The notes below the pieces were generated by a model. It was not told where the DNA came from, made no database searches, and worked only from the letters and a program-made list of their open reading frames with translations. From the NCBI RefSeq assembly GCF_009834535.1, contig NC_045718.1, positions 18,042,001 to 18,106,000 on the forward strand: a DNA stretch of 64,000 bases, written 5' to 3'. Both the position numbers and the translations under genes were made by a program. This stretch comes from Camelus ferus. Lineage: Eukaryota. Below are positions 12,134 to 26,007 of this stretch, one piece after another. Each line of letters starts with the position of its first letter. Position 1 is the stretch's first letter.

Positions 12134-13559
12134 CTACGGAGCAAGCAGAGAGCCTCTGTCTGCCCTGGCTCACAGCTTCGTCCCCTCCTGAGCCTGTGCC
12201 GGGGGACAGACCCTGGATGCATCCAGGTGGGCCGCCCACAGGGACGTACCTCACTGAAGGGGCAGGTGGGGTCAGCAGGGAGAATGGAGCCTTTTAGCCC
12301 CCAGGGTCTGACAGCCTCATCCCCAGCCCACATGTTGTCCTGCAGCTGCTGTGCATGTTACAATTTAGGAATTAATTTTCAAGCGCCGGTATGGCAGGCT
12401 GTGGATTTTACCTTCTGAAGCACAAGATAAAAGGCTCCACACGTCTCCGTTCCCAGCCTGGGACCCCCACCTTTCGGTTTCATCTGGTCCCCTCCACACC
12501 CGCTCCAGCCCCCGCCCCCCCGCACTGTCCGTGCCCGAGGCCTTCTGTTCTGTTATCAGGCGGCCTCAGCTTCCCAGCCCCGACTGAGCGGGCCTTTCCA
12601 GGAGGTGGACCAAGCCCTCCCAGCAATGCTCTAAACACTTGCTCTGGCTTTTTATCTCATTTCATTACCAGGCCCTGCGTGAATACCATGTTGCTTTGGA
12701 AAACAAAACAGAAAAAGAAAGTCTTGGAGGGGAGGGGTTGGGAAGGGCCAGGGCAGAGAGGAAGGGAGAGAGGAGGCTGATTTCTCTCAGTTCTTCTCCT
12801 AGATGCTGCTTCTCCAGAGGTCAAATGACCACCTCCCCACCGCTCCAACCCTTGCCCAATTTTCCTCTCTCCCTCTGGGGAAAGACAGTGCCTGGTGTTC
12901 TCTGGGAATGAGGACAGTCAGCCTCCTCGATGTGCAATCGTTTCCTGTCTCCAGGTATCCATGGGGTAAAGTCTTGAAGGGGGTGCCTCTCTCCCTGTCC
13001 CCTTCCTCTCCGTAGTGGTGGTGGTGGGTCTCAGAGGGAGCTTTTGGGAAGGTGTGGGGGTTGATATGTTGCTAACCTGCAGGGGGCACTACTGGCACTT
13101 AGTGCTGGAGCGGGGCAGGATGCTGAACTTCCTCAAGATGTAGGACGGTCAGGAACAAGAAACTGTCCCTCCCCTAATGCCAGAGGCGAGCCCTGGTAAG
13201 AAGCCTTCGGTACCACAGATGTTGAACGATGGACGGCCTTAGCCGGTGGGCATCTCACTCAGTGTGGGGCTAGGCGGTGGCTTCTTTTCTCTGGGCCTCA
13301 GGAGCCGGTCCTTCACGATCTGGGCCCTGCCTCCCTCTTACCCTGAGGTTCTCCTGCATCCTGGTCCAGCCAGACTGAATTTAAGATTAGATCTGAAGGG
13401 CGGTCTTCCTCATCCATCAACCTCTGGTCTTTTGAAGACGCTTTTCTCTCCACAGAAACACTCACCTTCCACCCACTGCCCCAGTCTTCCTCCTGGCCCC
13501 TGACTCAGCACCTCTTTAGCTGATTTTGTCTTAACCTTCGAACTCCACTCTGCAGCTCT

Positions 13560-13790
13560 TTCTTTGTGAAGTTATCCCTGCGCCTTTCCCTGCACTGACC
13601 CTCGGATGCCGTAGAAGTATTCCCCCACGATCCTGTGTAGCCCGCAGAACTACGGTTTCTCATTGACTTGTCTTCCTCACTGGGCTGTGAGCCCTGAGAA
13701 TTAAGCTGCCTCTTTCTTATTCACCTCTGTATCCCCAGGCTTTATGCCTGTTCCTGACAGGTAGTGGACACGTGGTCATTGCTTGTGGGC
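13560..13790 (+). mobile_element. L2 3' fragment
   Basis: gtgaagttatccctg..ctgggctgtgagccctgag..ttattcacctctgtatccccag..cctgacaggtag. Confidence 0.55.
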
Positions 13791-14462
13791 AGGTAGATGG
13801 AAAAGAAGAAAATAAAGCAACAGGCAAAGAGATCCCAAACTTTCCTTCTAGCTCCAACTTCCTGGATTCTTTAGAGATGAGGTTAATGCCCTGCCTTCTG
13901 CACATCAAGAGACTTGACACAGGACTTGAACTCCCAAAGCTGGAGTTGGAAATAGTCACTGTTTCCGGAGTCATAGGATTACTAAATTGGCATGTCCGTA
14001 TCTATTAAGGAATCATGAGGATTTATAAAAAGCTGGGTCCAGGGGAAATTTCCCACAGAAACCTAATCTAGGAGAGCCTGGCGGAACCTCCGGGGTCATG
14101 GTGCCATCCCTTGGTGATTGCACGCGAGGACCCCAAGCAGGCAAGTCTTCCACAAGAGACAGGATCATAAGGCAGCCCCAGAACAGATGGGTCCCTGTTT
14201 AGAAGCCAGTCACTCAAGCCGCCAACTCATAAATTTGCTCTTTGCTGCACTTTTACTTTTGTTCCCTGAGGGCACTCTTGACAGCATCTTTCATATATTT
14301 ATAGCCAAGAAAAAAAAAAAAAAACACCACTTCAGGGAAACCCAGGCATCCCATGGAAAAGGAGACACTATTTCCTGTCAGTGGCTAAAAAATCCCCACC
14401 GAGTCTAATAAATTAGAATTTTAATTTAGACTAGAAATAAGGCTGAGGTATAATGAGGGGGG

Positions 14463-14533
14463 TGTGTGTGTGTGTGTGTGTGTACCTGTAAGAGAGAGAG
14501 GGAGGGAGGAGGAGAGGGAGGGAGAGAAAAGAA
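14463..14533. repeat. Compound (TG)10 plus 44-nt homopurine tract
   Basis: (TG)10 at 14463-14482; only A/G from 14490 to 14533. Confidence 0.9.
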
Positions 14534-16965
14534 TAGATTTCTAGAATCAGAACTGGTTGATTGACTATAAAAGATGACCAGTTGTTTTTCATCTCTAGTG
14601 AGCTCGGAGGACAGATTCAGATTTCAGAAGCAGAGTCTTAAAGATGTGCTTTGGGGAGTATGATGTCTTGGATTAGTAAATAAGATTGTAGAATCCTTTT
14701 AATGATGACAAAAATAAATATGTGTGTGTATGTATGTACACAAACACACAAATACACACCTACACACCCCCTCATCCTTTGGGCTGGGCTAAGTCAGGTC
14801 CAGCCTGGAGGTTGGGAGAATCATAAGTAGGCTTTGTAAATACCTTTGTAAGTTTTTTCAAGGGATTCTAAAATTTTAGAAAAAATTCCCATGGTCTGCT
14901 GTTTCAGACCTTTCAGGACTAAACTGAAGGACAATGACTAGGGACTTTCCAAATGCCTAAATAGGGCCCTAAGACAGCCCCAGGAGAAAAAGAATGTCTT
15001 AGGTTTTGCTTGTTTTTTTGGGTGTTTCTCGCAGGCCAGATGGAGTAGCATTCCTCCTTCTATTCTCTAGGGCAAATGAAAGAAGTGGCTGGTGCCCAGG
15101 TATACGCTCTTCTTCCTTGGAAACAGAGGAATATCCAGCCCCTTTGGGATGTGAGATGGTTCTGGTTGACTATCTCGAGGGAGCAGGGAGTCTTGGGTGG
15201 AAATGGCAGTGATGAGGGCTGAAGGCAGGTGCAGGAGAGCTGGCAGCCCAGAACGTTGCCACGTTTTTGGAACTTCAGTACCTCTGGGGCTTGTGGAAGG
15301 TGATGGGTTTCATCAGATGCAAAAGGCCACTTCCAACCTGTTTGCTTCTATAAGAACACACTCCCCTCTCGACCCCAACACACACACACTTTCCTGTCCT
15401 AAGAAAAAAAGAGCAAATTATCACACTATCCTTTTTTTCTGAAGAATGTTAAGACTGCTGTGAACCTTGTTAAGATACCCATTGTTACTGCACATCCCCT
15501 GAATGACCTCTGTAGGTCATCTGACTGCTCCCTCTGTCTCTAGGTCAGCTGGCAGTGGGAGTCCCTCCTTAGCAGCAACCCGAGCTTCTGTTAAGATGAG
15601 GGGATGTCCTGTTTGGGAACATCCCAGGGGAGGGTCAGGCTGGAGAGGAGGAGACAGGACCACAGGGAGGGCAGGCCCCCGGCACTGAAGCCTGACGTAG
15701 GATTCTGGGCCGCAGGGCCCGCTCTGTTTAGCTGTGCTCCAGCAGGTTTTGGCGCTGGGGAACCTTCAGCCCTCTGAAACGACTTCTCCCATGTGGAAAT
15801 GACATTATCTTCACCCACTGGACTTCAAAGAGAGAGAGCAGCCAGCATCCTGGGAAGCTAATCGGATTTATTTGGTTCTATCTTTCCCCTGGGACAGGGC
15901 GTAAAGAAGATATTCGTGTATCTACATCTCGCTAGGCCTGGTTTAGCCATGGAGGGAGATGAGCTTTTAAAGCTGAGAGCCATACATACTCCCGCGCACA
16001 CCCACTTGCTAACACCATGTCAAGCGTGATCTGGCCCAGGGAAGCCGCGATTTCTGGGGCCCCATCAGGGATTCTGAGTCGGGGAAAGGTCTGGCTTATT
16101 ACCTTAAAAGAGCTCAAGGGACGGTTCAATTGAAATTCAGCTTCCTATCTATAAAGTGGGACCAGTAATACCTAACCACTCTAGACTGCTTACAAGAGGG
16201 ACATGGGAGTCTGTCGTAAGGGGTAATCAACTGGATGAACAATGTTAGTATCACTACTGCGTCTTTCTCATGTGTGTGTGTGAATGCAGGCTCGGAGGAT
16301 TTCAAGCCAGCTTGGGAACACTGAACCAAGATTTCTGCATTTACTTGGTGATCACAGGGTAATTGTGTATATTATCTAAACCTCAGTTTATTTATCTATG
16401 ATAGAATCCACTTTATAGAGTAGTTAAGATTAAATGAGATAAAATATATGTGTAATGTTGTATATATAATAAACACTCAATAAATGTTAACTACTCATCT
16501 TTTTATTTTTGAATTGCATCCATTCTAGCATAGTGGTACTTCTTTTTGGGACTAAGCTTGGAAGTGGTCCATCAGCCCTCTGGAAAGAAGTAGGCAGACT
16601 GACCTCATGCGTGGCCGCCTTTGTATCTGGAAATGGCACTGCTGACTTGTCCTCCATGGACAGTTTCTCCATCTGTGGGGATGGGTTTGTGTGGGTCCCC
16701 TGACACCTGGAACCCTCACGACGAACAGCATAGGGCCGGGTTGGGGTCAGGCCGGCAAGTGTGGCTGCGGCCATGGGGACAGACAAGCTACCCAGCCCTG
16801 ATTTTCTGGAGCAAGCATCCTGTACTCAGCCTTTTTGGATGCCTGAGTTCTCTGTAGCCTTGGGCAAAAATTCTAAATTTTTAGCATCTTGGTTACTACA
16901 TCTGTCAAATATGAATTATGAGAAACTGCAGGTCTGCTGCGAGAATCAATTGAGATGCCATATGT

Positions 16966-17056
16966 CAGTGGTTCTTAATCTTCAGCCTAATCTGGGACGC
17001 GGCCCAAGAATTTGAATTTCTAACAAGTTTCTAAGTGATGCTGATGCTACTAGCCC
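16966..17056. mobile_element. MER5A-like hAT-Charlie fragment
   Basis: cagtggttcttaatctt terminus and ggcccaagaatttgaatttctaacaagtttctaagtgatgctgatgct. Confidence 0.6.
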
Positions 17057-18683
17057 CCTCCCCCCCTCGAGAACTCCTGTCACAAGTGAGAGAATTGCAA
17101 ATGTGTGATACATTAACGGTGCTATACACATCAATGGAGCTAATCGGTTATACATTGTTTCTAGGAAGTAGACAGATGTAAAATTTTGATCCAAAGTTGG
17201 GGGGAGGCTTACTGGAAGTGTAGAAGAGATATTCCAGGAACCCCAAAGCGGCAGCTGAGGGCCTTCCAGTCCCCAGAAGAACCTGAGGGCATCAGAGTAA
17301 GGGGAACCACTCTCAAACTGGACACATGCACCTTTGCTGTTACCCACATTTTCAGGAGCAGGGTTTCCCCAAAGCAGAGCTCTGATGGGAGAGAGCAGGA
17401 CCTGGGAGCTGTTTGCTGGGAGTGGCTGTGGCCCTGGCAACCCCTGGGGAACCCGCACCCTATTTTCCTTCCTGGGCAAAGTCAGGACTGATGGAGTCTG
17501 GGCTTCCTAAGCTGAGAACCAATCCCTGGGGCCACGCAGGCCAGTGACAATCAGTAAGAGGGTAGCAATCCACCCCATTCCCACTCCGGGCGATGGAGAC
17601 AAAGGCATCTTTCCCACCCCAAGGAACGGACATTAAGGAGAGGAAATGAAAAAGGAGATGCGACGCCTCTGGGTGTCCCCCCAGGGCTCTTTCAGTATTA
17701 ATTTAATCCTGACTTCAGGATGGCAGCAGCTTCTCCCAGGCCCAGCTCTCTGGAATGCTTGGGTCTCAGTGACTGAGAGGGAACTGTGTTCCAGTGATTT
17801 CTAAAGGGTGTGAGGGAGGCGGCATGGTTCCAATTAGCCCTCTGGGCCCCAGGCCTCCAGCCTCCACATGGGGCAGAGTTCGTTTGTCTTGCTCTGTCTG
17901 ACACTCCTGCCCTCACTCCAGCTGCCCCTCCGGTCCTTCGGGCTCGGCTTCGGGTTTCTCTTTGCCCGAGGGGAGCACTGAGCTGGGAGAAAATGAAGCA
18001 GCTGCTCCTTCTTGTCTGCATCTGCAATCATTCTCTCTCTCTGCATTCTGTGGTCCTCCTGGATTTAGTTTATTAACAGACTGAGAAAGTTGGAAGTGGC
18101 CAGTGTGAAGGTCAGTTTCTGAGGCCATTTATCATGATCCTACATTGCCCAGCACGTGGCTTCTTTTCTTCCTGGCTGCCTTGCCTCCCCCGGCCGTTCT
18201 TCTGTTGATGTCCAAGTGGGTTTCCCCTCCTCTCCCACCTACACCCTATGCTCATGAGTCCTTTCCTCTGGGCGAGAAGGTTGGCCTGAAAGCAGTCTCA
18301 TTCTACTCTTGCAGAATCCCAAGGCTGGGATTAATTTCCGGTGTCCACTAGGCGCTTTCAGGTCAGATACATCAAAACATACCAACTGGCTAGAGGAAAA
18401 GCCTTCCGTGAAAGGTCTTCAGGGCACTAGATAACCGGTTCCATCCTGCTGAGGCACCTGGGGACGGGTCTGCCTTAAACGCTGCCTGTGGGCACCATGT
18501 GAGTTTCTCTCTTTCAAGACAGGCAGATACCATTTTTTTTCTAGCTAAACATAACACAGATTGTTTCAGAAGCTAAGAATTCAAGACTGTGTGTGAGTGT
18601 GCACGCGCAGGGATGCACGCATGCACACATATGCACGCATGTGTGCATACGTGGGAAAACTTTCAAGGCCTACTTTCTTCTTA

Positions 18684-18782
18684 AATTTTTTTTTTAAAAT
18701 TAGCTTTATTGAGGTACAACTGACAAATTGTAAGATATTTAAGGTGTACGTCATGATGATTTGACAGATGTACATCCAGTAC
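18684..18782 (-). mobile_element. Short L1 3' end fragment
   Basis: T-run then agctttattgaggtacaactgacaaattgtaagatatttaaggtgtac..atgatttga. Confidence 0.7.
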
Positions 18783-19787
18783 TTTCTCGTGTTTATCCAC
18801 AGACGCAACCAGCATGTTGACCCAGATTAGGAAGCAAAAGAGACCCTATTTCTGGAAATCTTAGACAAGCAGATCCAAGGGACACTTCCCATCAAATGGC
18901 ATTTGGGTGTAGTCGTCATTGGTTCATCTATTCTTTCACGCATGCGCTCTACAGACCTTCACCGAAAAAGGCGCTGAGGATTTAAAGGTAAGATGCAGCC
19001 CTCGCCTGTAAGGCGCGTGCGGTCTAGTGCCAGAGGGAGATGGATAACGCTACAGCAGTGTCTGCAAAAGCTGCACCGTCACTCATTTACACTTGTGGAC
19101 TTCCTAAAAGGTGGAACAAGCAGGGAATGTGTGTTTATGCACACGTGCATTTGTGGGGGTACAAAGGATCTCTGTAGTTGTTCAAACCCAACCAGTAGCC
19201 ACCCTGAGGCATGAAAAACATTAGAGCCAAAAAAGGGACATGGACCCAGCAGGCTTCGTTGTCCTAAGGGATGCTGTGAATTTGTAACCTCCATGAAAAC
19301 CCATTGCGGGGGACATTCATTGGAAAGACAAGCAATTTGGTATTTCACCATGTTGATAACAAAGGTGGGTCCAGCCTCAGGGATGGAGCGTGGGCCATTT
19401 CATAAAAATGGAACTTTTAGCAAGGCCTGGTTCTTTTCACCAGCTGAATGTCTCTCTCCTTCTATAAAGCCACCCACCCAGTAGTACATCAGAGTCAAAG
19501 AATCATTGAATTTTAGACTAGGATGGGAGGTTGGCATGAAAGAGTGGTTGAGAGTGAATGTCCTATTGAACTAGACTATCTCTGCAGCCAAGCAAAGGGT
19601 TTAGACTCAAAGAATAAACGCCATTCACTACACTCTTCTAGACCACGGAGTCTATTTGGTTGGATATGTTTCCTCTAAGCTTTCAGTCCTAACCCTCAGT
19701 TCCCCTCAAGCTTTTGAATGCACAGAGTCTTCTTTTCTAGGGTATCTGCTGCCCCTTTTTTTGGCTTTATGATACCAGGGCTTTCTA

Positions 19788-20162
<375 letters not shown>

Positions 20163-21067
20163 TTAATCCCAAGCACTGAGAACTATGGATTCTCCCTCCA
20201 AGATGTTCATGGGGCCAGATAATTGAGAAAAAAAATGTGCCCAGAATGGGAATAATGTAACTTGGAAAGCAGAGGTGTGCTAGAGCAGGTCTATAGCAAC
20301 TTATGACAGCCAATTACTTATATTTTAAGGAATTTTGCAAGTGGGTTGGCATCATGAAAGCAGCTGGAAATCAGCCATGGAGAGATTATTTACACCATAG
20401 AAATTGGCAAACGCTACCTGATGGGTTTTCTCCTTGGTTTCTGGTAGTTAAACGATTGCCAGCATACCACCACTTACAAGACAGAGTAGCCCAAAGAGTG
20501 CCAGGAGATCTGGTCCCAGTTCCTCCTCTGCCACCGCCACTGGGGTTACTTTACCTTTTGAACTGAAATTTCTTTACCTGTCTGTAATAAAACTCTCCTC
20601 TCTACTCCACAGGGCTGTTTAACATCAAATAAGATGATGTAGAAGACATGGTTTTGAAAAGTACAATGCTAAATGTATTATTTTTAAGTGCATAAATCAC
20701 CTGTTAATTCAAGCTCTTAAACCACATTTGAATGTTAATGACTGGCTCATATCATCTGTGTTACTGAGTTTTGGAGCAGTAAATGGTAGCAAATGGTAAC
20801 TTTTTGTCCCTCTCTCTAAGTAGCCAAGCACAGGTAGCAACAGGCTACGTGTGTGGCTCCTGCTTTTCTTGCCACGGTAAGCGTGTCTTTCCCTCCAGTG
20901 TCACCTGAGTTCTATGTGTATTATCTTGGTTCTCTGTGTGCGATCAGACTACTGTAAGGGAAATGAGTTTTGCAGGTGGGGTTGTTCCTCCTGCTCCTTG
21001 CCAGCTCCCCTAGTCTAGCCTTTCACAGCTAGACCAACCTGGAAGAGACACGGCCAGGTCTGCAATC

Positions 21068-21083
21068 TGGCGCCACCTGGTGG
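21068..21083 (-). promoter_or_regulatory. Candidate CTCF site
   Basis: Minus strand CCACCAGGTGGCGCCA fits the CTCF core consensus CCASYAGRKGGCRS. Confidence 0.65.
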
Positions 21084-23254
21084 GGGCTCTGACGGCATTT
21101 GGGCGGATGGGACTTGATCCAGGGGTCACTGGCTAATACGCCACAGTGTACTGGGTACATCAGCTGGTCTACACTTCTTCTCCATGCCCATCATTTTTAT
21201 CCCTTTCTAGACATGCCCGTTGTTATGTCATTCCTGAGCTCAGGCCAGACTGACTGGCTTTTGGTAATATCTTATGACTCAACAAGTAAATAATGAAAAT
21301 GGACCAAGAACAATGAGATCAGGGTTCTAGAACTGGCTCTTACACTAGTTAATTCTGTGACCTTCCTGGCAACACTTATCCCCTGTGGGCCTCAGTTTAC
21401 CACAGTCAAAGGAGAGGCCTGACCTTGATTCTGTGATAAAATTTGAACTATGAATGCTAGGAGTAGAGAAGGGAAGACAGATGGTGTTTGGCAATAAAAT
21501 GAAATCTTTGCTTTCAAGGAAACCTGATTTTGATTTTTTTTTTTTTTTGGCTAAAACTTGCTGTGTGTCCACTGCCATATGGTAATCCATGGTTGAAAGT
21601 GGTGACGTCACACTGGATTTCCATGGAGATGAGGATGTGCTCACAAACGATGGATTCCATCACTGCTGTGTTAGATTCTGAGAAGGAGGTTGGGAAGTTC
21701 TCCCTCCAAGGCACTTGCATTTCCCAAAACAGCATTAGCTGGATTGGAGAGCAGTGGTTAGGGGGGCAATCTTATCCATTTCAGCTTCAGCCCCGTCCTG
21801 CCCTGCCCTGGCTCCCCCCAGGCCATTTTTACCACTTGTTCTGTCTTTCTCAGCACATCTGTTGCTTTAGTCCAATGGGGCTCAGCTGTGTCTCTTTCCT
21901 TAGCTGCTATGGAGATCCTAGAACTCCAGCAGATGATTCTAATTGTGAAAATCAAGATCAGAGAAGGGGAGACTGAGGACTGACTCATTCGTCTACTTTA
22001 ATGGCTAGAAATTTTTTGAGGGCTTAGCTGCAAACAGCCCCTCTCCCCACATGGACTGTGGGCGCCCATCGTGCCCACAGCCTGGATTCTACAGACTTGA
22101 ATCTGCTGGAGTCCTGCCTATTATGTAGACCTCACGTGGTTCCTGTCTTGGGTAACAAGAAGGATGAATCCATAGACCAGTCCCAGTTACAACTCCCTCT
22201 GGCATCAAGCTGTTGCTTAATTTCTCTTCTCGCTGAACGTTCAGGGTCCTGTGGCCCTTGTATGACCCTATTATAGAGACCCATGTTTCTCTCTCTCTAA
22301 ATCAAATGGTGCATGAGTTTCCAGGTGGTGTGGCAAGAGTCTGTTTCATTTCCAGGGATGACCGGCAGAAACTTAAGTACGGGTCTCTGTCTCCTCCACT
22401 CCTGGCTCTGCTTTTTACTTATGAAGTGTGCCCAGCTTCCTGCACAGCTGTGAAATCACCGAGCCATTGGCGCCCATTGTCAGCCATCCTGCTGCTGGAG
22501 ATGGCTGGTGAGGTCAGCTGGGCTGCACTTAAGCCCCTCTGAGGGCTCCTGGTTTGGTCTGGTTTCCCCTCCTCTCTGAAAAGCTGAAGGCTCGGTTTGG
22601 ACCACAGTGGAGTTTAAAGCCTCCTCTCCCCCTCCCAGCCTGGGTCCTTTTACTGAGTGCGGAGTGAGGCTACTTTATGCCCCCCCCCCACAACCCCCGC
22701 CTTTCTTCGGCGGGTGTTATCTCTGAGTCCCTCTTCATGTGGTCAGGATGATGTGCCCAAACTCCACCGGTTATCAATCTCCATGTTCAAAGCCACCACC
22801 AATCGGTCTCAAATGGAGAACTTGCCATATGATTCCTGGGCCATGACCTTTGCTTTTACTTCAAACCCTCTTAACTCTTAAGAGTTGAGGGCAGGTGTGT
22901 TGCAAGGGAGACAGTGAGATCAGAGGCCATGGAGAGTGAATGCCATTCAGTTTAATTTAACTGAGTAAATAAATATATGGCTGAAAAGTTAACGTTTCTG
23001 GAGATTACTCTGCTCCTGACAACGTGCCAGGTCTGGCGGGGAGACTGGGAGGTGAATACGCCATGATGTGTGTCCCCAGGAAACTTAGAGAAGCCCCACA
23101 CCGGTATCCAGACCCACATCCTTCTGGCCTGGCCCTGCCGCTACTCTCTTGCTCACTCATCCCCCCCGACCCCGTCTGTAAAGAAGGGCGCTGGCCGAGG
23201 TGGCCTTCGGGCTCCGGTGCTGAGCCACCCTGAGCGCTGTGAGGGGCGTGCTTA

Positions 23255-23614
<360 letters not shown>

Positions 23615-23996
23615 TTACTAAAAGACTTTCAGAAATATCAGGTCAAGACCCCTCAGAGTCCCCAGTTCTGTGGACGGAACCTGCTAAAAACCACTGGCTG
23701 AGGCCACCGCTATTCCTAGAAGGGGAAAGAAGTCTGGAAAAAACCCTTTGCACATTATGCAGGCTTAAGCCAAATGGGAGCCAGAGAGTTCTTTCTTCTT
23801 GAATTTTGCTTTGGGGCATGGCAGTTTGTTTTCAAACTTGAACAAGTTTATAAGCCATAGTAGTGTCTGGCAGAAGCAGACTTGGTCAGGCAACTTCTGT
23901 GCTGGTCCTTGCCACCCTATGCCCCGAGTCTCCTTGTCCTGGCCACCTTGGTCGGACAGCCCCTCACACATGACTCTCACAGAAGGTACGTCTTAC

Positions 23997-24150
23997 CTTG
24001 ATCCAGAGGGATGACAGGGACATCCTTGGGCCCCGGAGAGATGCAGATGACCTGGCTCCCGGATACCTGTCCCTCCACTTCTGTCAGGTTCCCAAAGGCA
24101 CAGGAGATGCCCGCAGACAGATCAGGAGCATCACTCACAGTCAGGCTGAG
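23997..24150 (-). CDS. PLXNA2: PLXNA2 exon ~7 (154 nt), IPT1: [51 protein letters not shown]
   Basis: Within ORF 23977..24165(-). Acceptor ccttccacag|CTC, donor CAAG|gtaag. Confidence 0.97.
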
Positions 24151-24817
24151 CTGTGGAAGGAGCAAAGAGATGATGCCGTAGGGAGAGCCCGCGGGGCTCA
24201 GGAGACCTGGGCTCCAGGCCTGGCCCTGCCATTGCCCAGCTGCTCACTCATCTCCCCTGACCTCACCTATAAAGAGGGTGTTGGCCTTCATGATCGTCTA
24301 GCTTTAACACTGAACAAGGGCAGTAGTACCACCAGGGCTGTGCAGGGCCAGTGGCCTTTATTATCAATATTATTAACTTTTCAGTCTTGTCCAGCATCAG
24401 AAAGCGCCAGGGGGAGGAGGAGGGATGCTGGGGGAAAGGTCCCCAGATCCATCTAGGATCCAGCACATTTGGCCGTGAAACCATGCGAACTTGAAAGCAA
24501 GTCGTGTGCTGAACCCTTCACAGGCAAGCCTTAGCCTTGGCTCTTGGAGAATGCGTATCGCCAGTCTGGAGGAAGACGAGGCACTCTCCACGTTGGTGGG
24601 GGACAGCTGGCTGCACACTGGCTGTCATTCAGGGCTACTGACCAAGCTGGTGGGTTTCCTAGAGTTTCTAGTCTCTGTCCCTCTCTGCCCCCTGACAGCT
24701 CCCCTAGAGTAGGGTGATCACCTCCCGAGGAGTTTGGGAGATCCGAGAAAGGCAAGAAGTGGACCTCGATGGCTCAGGTGATGTCTGCTGTTACTTAGGG
24801 TTCCAGTGATCTAGGTC

Positions 24818-24910
24818 AGTGGTTTCCAGGCTTTTCAAATTTGTACACCCTCCTTCACACGGTAGAAATATAACAGGCTATCAGAAGAGTCTGTTGGTTG
24901 AGAAACTATT
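24818..24910. mobile_element. Possible short hAT-Charlie MITE
   Basis: Left end cagtggtttcc after ctaggt; right end ggttgagaaact is a degenerate inverted terminus. Confidence 0.35.
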
Positions 24911-25491
24911 TCATGGCAAAATGCGGCTCCAGATTCAGTGTCTGTGGAAGTGGGTTTGTACTAAATTACAATATAATGTCTACGTGGGATTTGAAACAAC
25001 AGGTTAGAAATGTGACTCCCACTGGGGAGCACCCATGAGGGTTCATGGTGACAACACCCTGTGGCTTCCAAGTGGGGAGGGCTCCCTTTGTCTCCCCATC
25101 ACACCCGGAGGGGATTTCTCCGTCACAACGGGTGCCACCTAGCCTTGCCATACATTTGTTTGCTGCTGAGTCTCTGCCCCAGTTTCGTTTCCATGGGGCC
25201 GGGGGACTGAGGTACAAACTCTGCAGTTTGTTCCTTTGGCTCCATGGGAGCCAAAACCTCCCGGTGGGGATGAATGAACGCAAGTCTTGGAAGGTTCATT
25301 AACTAATTAACATTCTTGAATGCTCGTAAAGCCCTCAGAATGAAATAATCGTGCAGGGCCTGAGGACACGAAGGATTCTGGGTTGCACCTCGACAGGTGG
25401 TTGAGAGTTATTGTATCCTCTTTAATATTCTCTTTAAGCACACACTGTGAATTAAGTCTCAGTCTCTCCGTGTCTGTCCGTCTGTCTCTCC

Positions 25492-25495
<4 letters not shown>

Positions 25496-25541
<46 letters not shown>
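25496..25541. repeat. (CA)23 microsatellite
   Basis: Perfect dinucleotide run, counted directly. Confidence 0.97.
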
Positions 25542-25543
<2 letters not shown>

Positions 25544-25883
25544 GGCAACTCTCAGGTTTCTGTGAGATACTGTACTAACAGGACAATCGAAATACAGCAC
25601 ATACCGAGGAATGTATTGGATTGCATTGTGCTGCAGATGTATGTTGCAAAATGCAAAATCTACATTTACAAAACAGATCAATGGGTAATGAATCCTCGAG
25701 GAGTAGGGAGAACACTGTGCCCTTCACAATAGGAGTCAGCATCCTTTTTTCTCCAAATACAAAGTTACTTTGACGCATATAAGTAGGATCCATTTACATC
25801 GATGCAAGTCTTAAAGGAACACACCCGGGCTTGTGCGAGCTGGGCGCCGCCTCAGCCCCAGAACCTCCTGGTGGGTTACTTAC

Positions 25884-26007
25884 CAGCCGGCTGTGCTCAG
25901 ACACTGAGATGCTGCTGGGATGCACCTCCAGGCGCATGCACTGGCTGATGCTGGCAGCAAATCGATTAGGTTCCCTTGCTCGCTGGCACTTGTCCCTGCG
26001 GGAGCAC
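25884..26007 (-). CDS. PLXNA2: PLXNA2 exon ~6 (124 nt): [41 protein letters not shown]
   Basis: Translated by hand. Acceptor tgtggcag|G, donor CTG|gtaag. The first G completes the ATG split from exon 5; 124=1+41x3. Confidence 0.96.
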
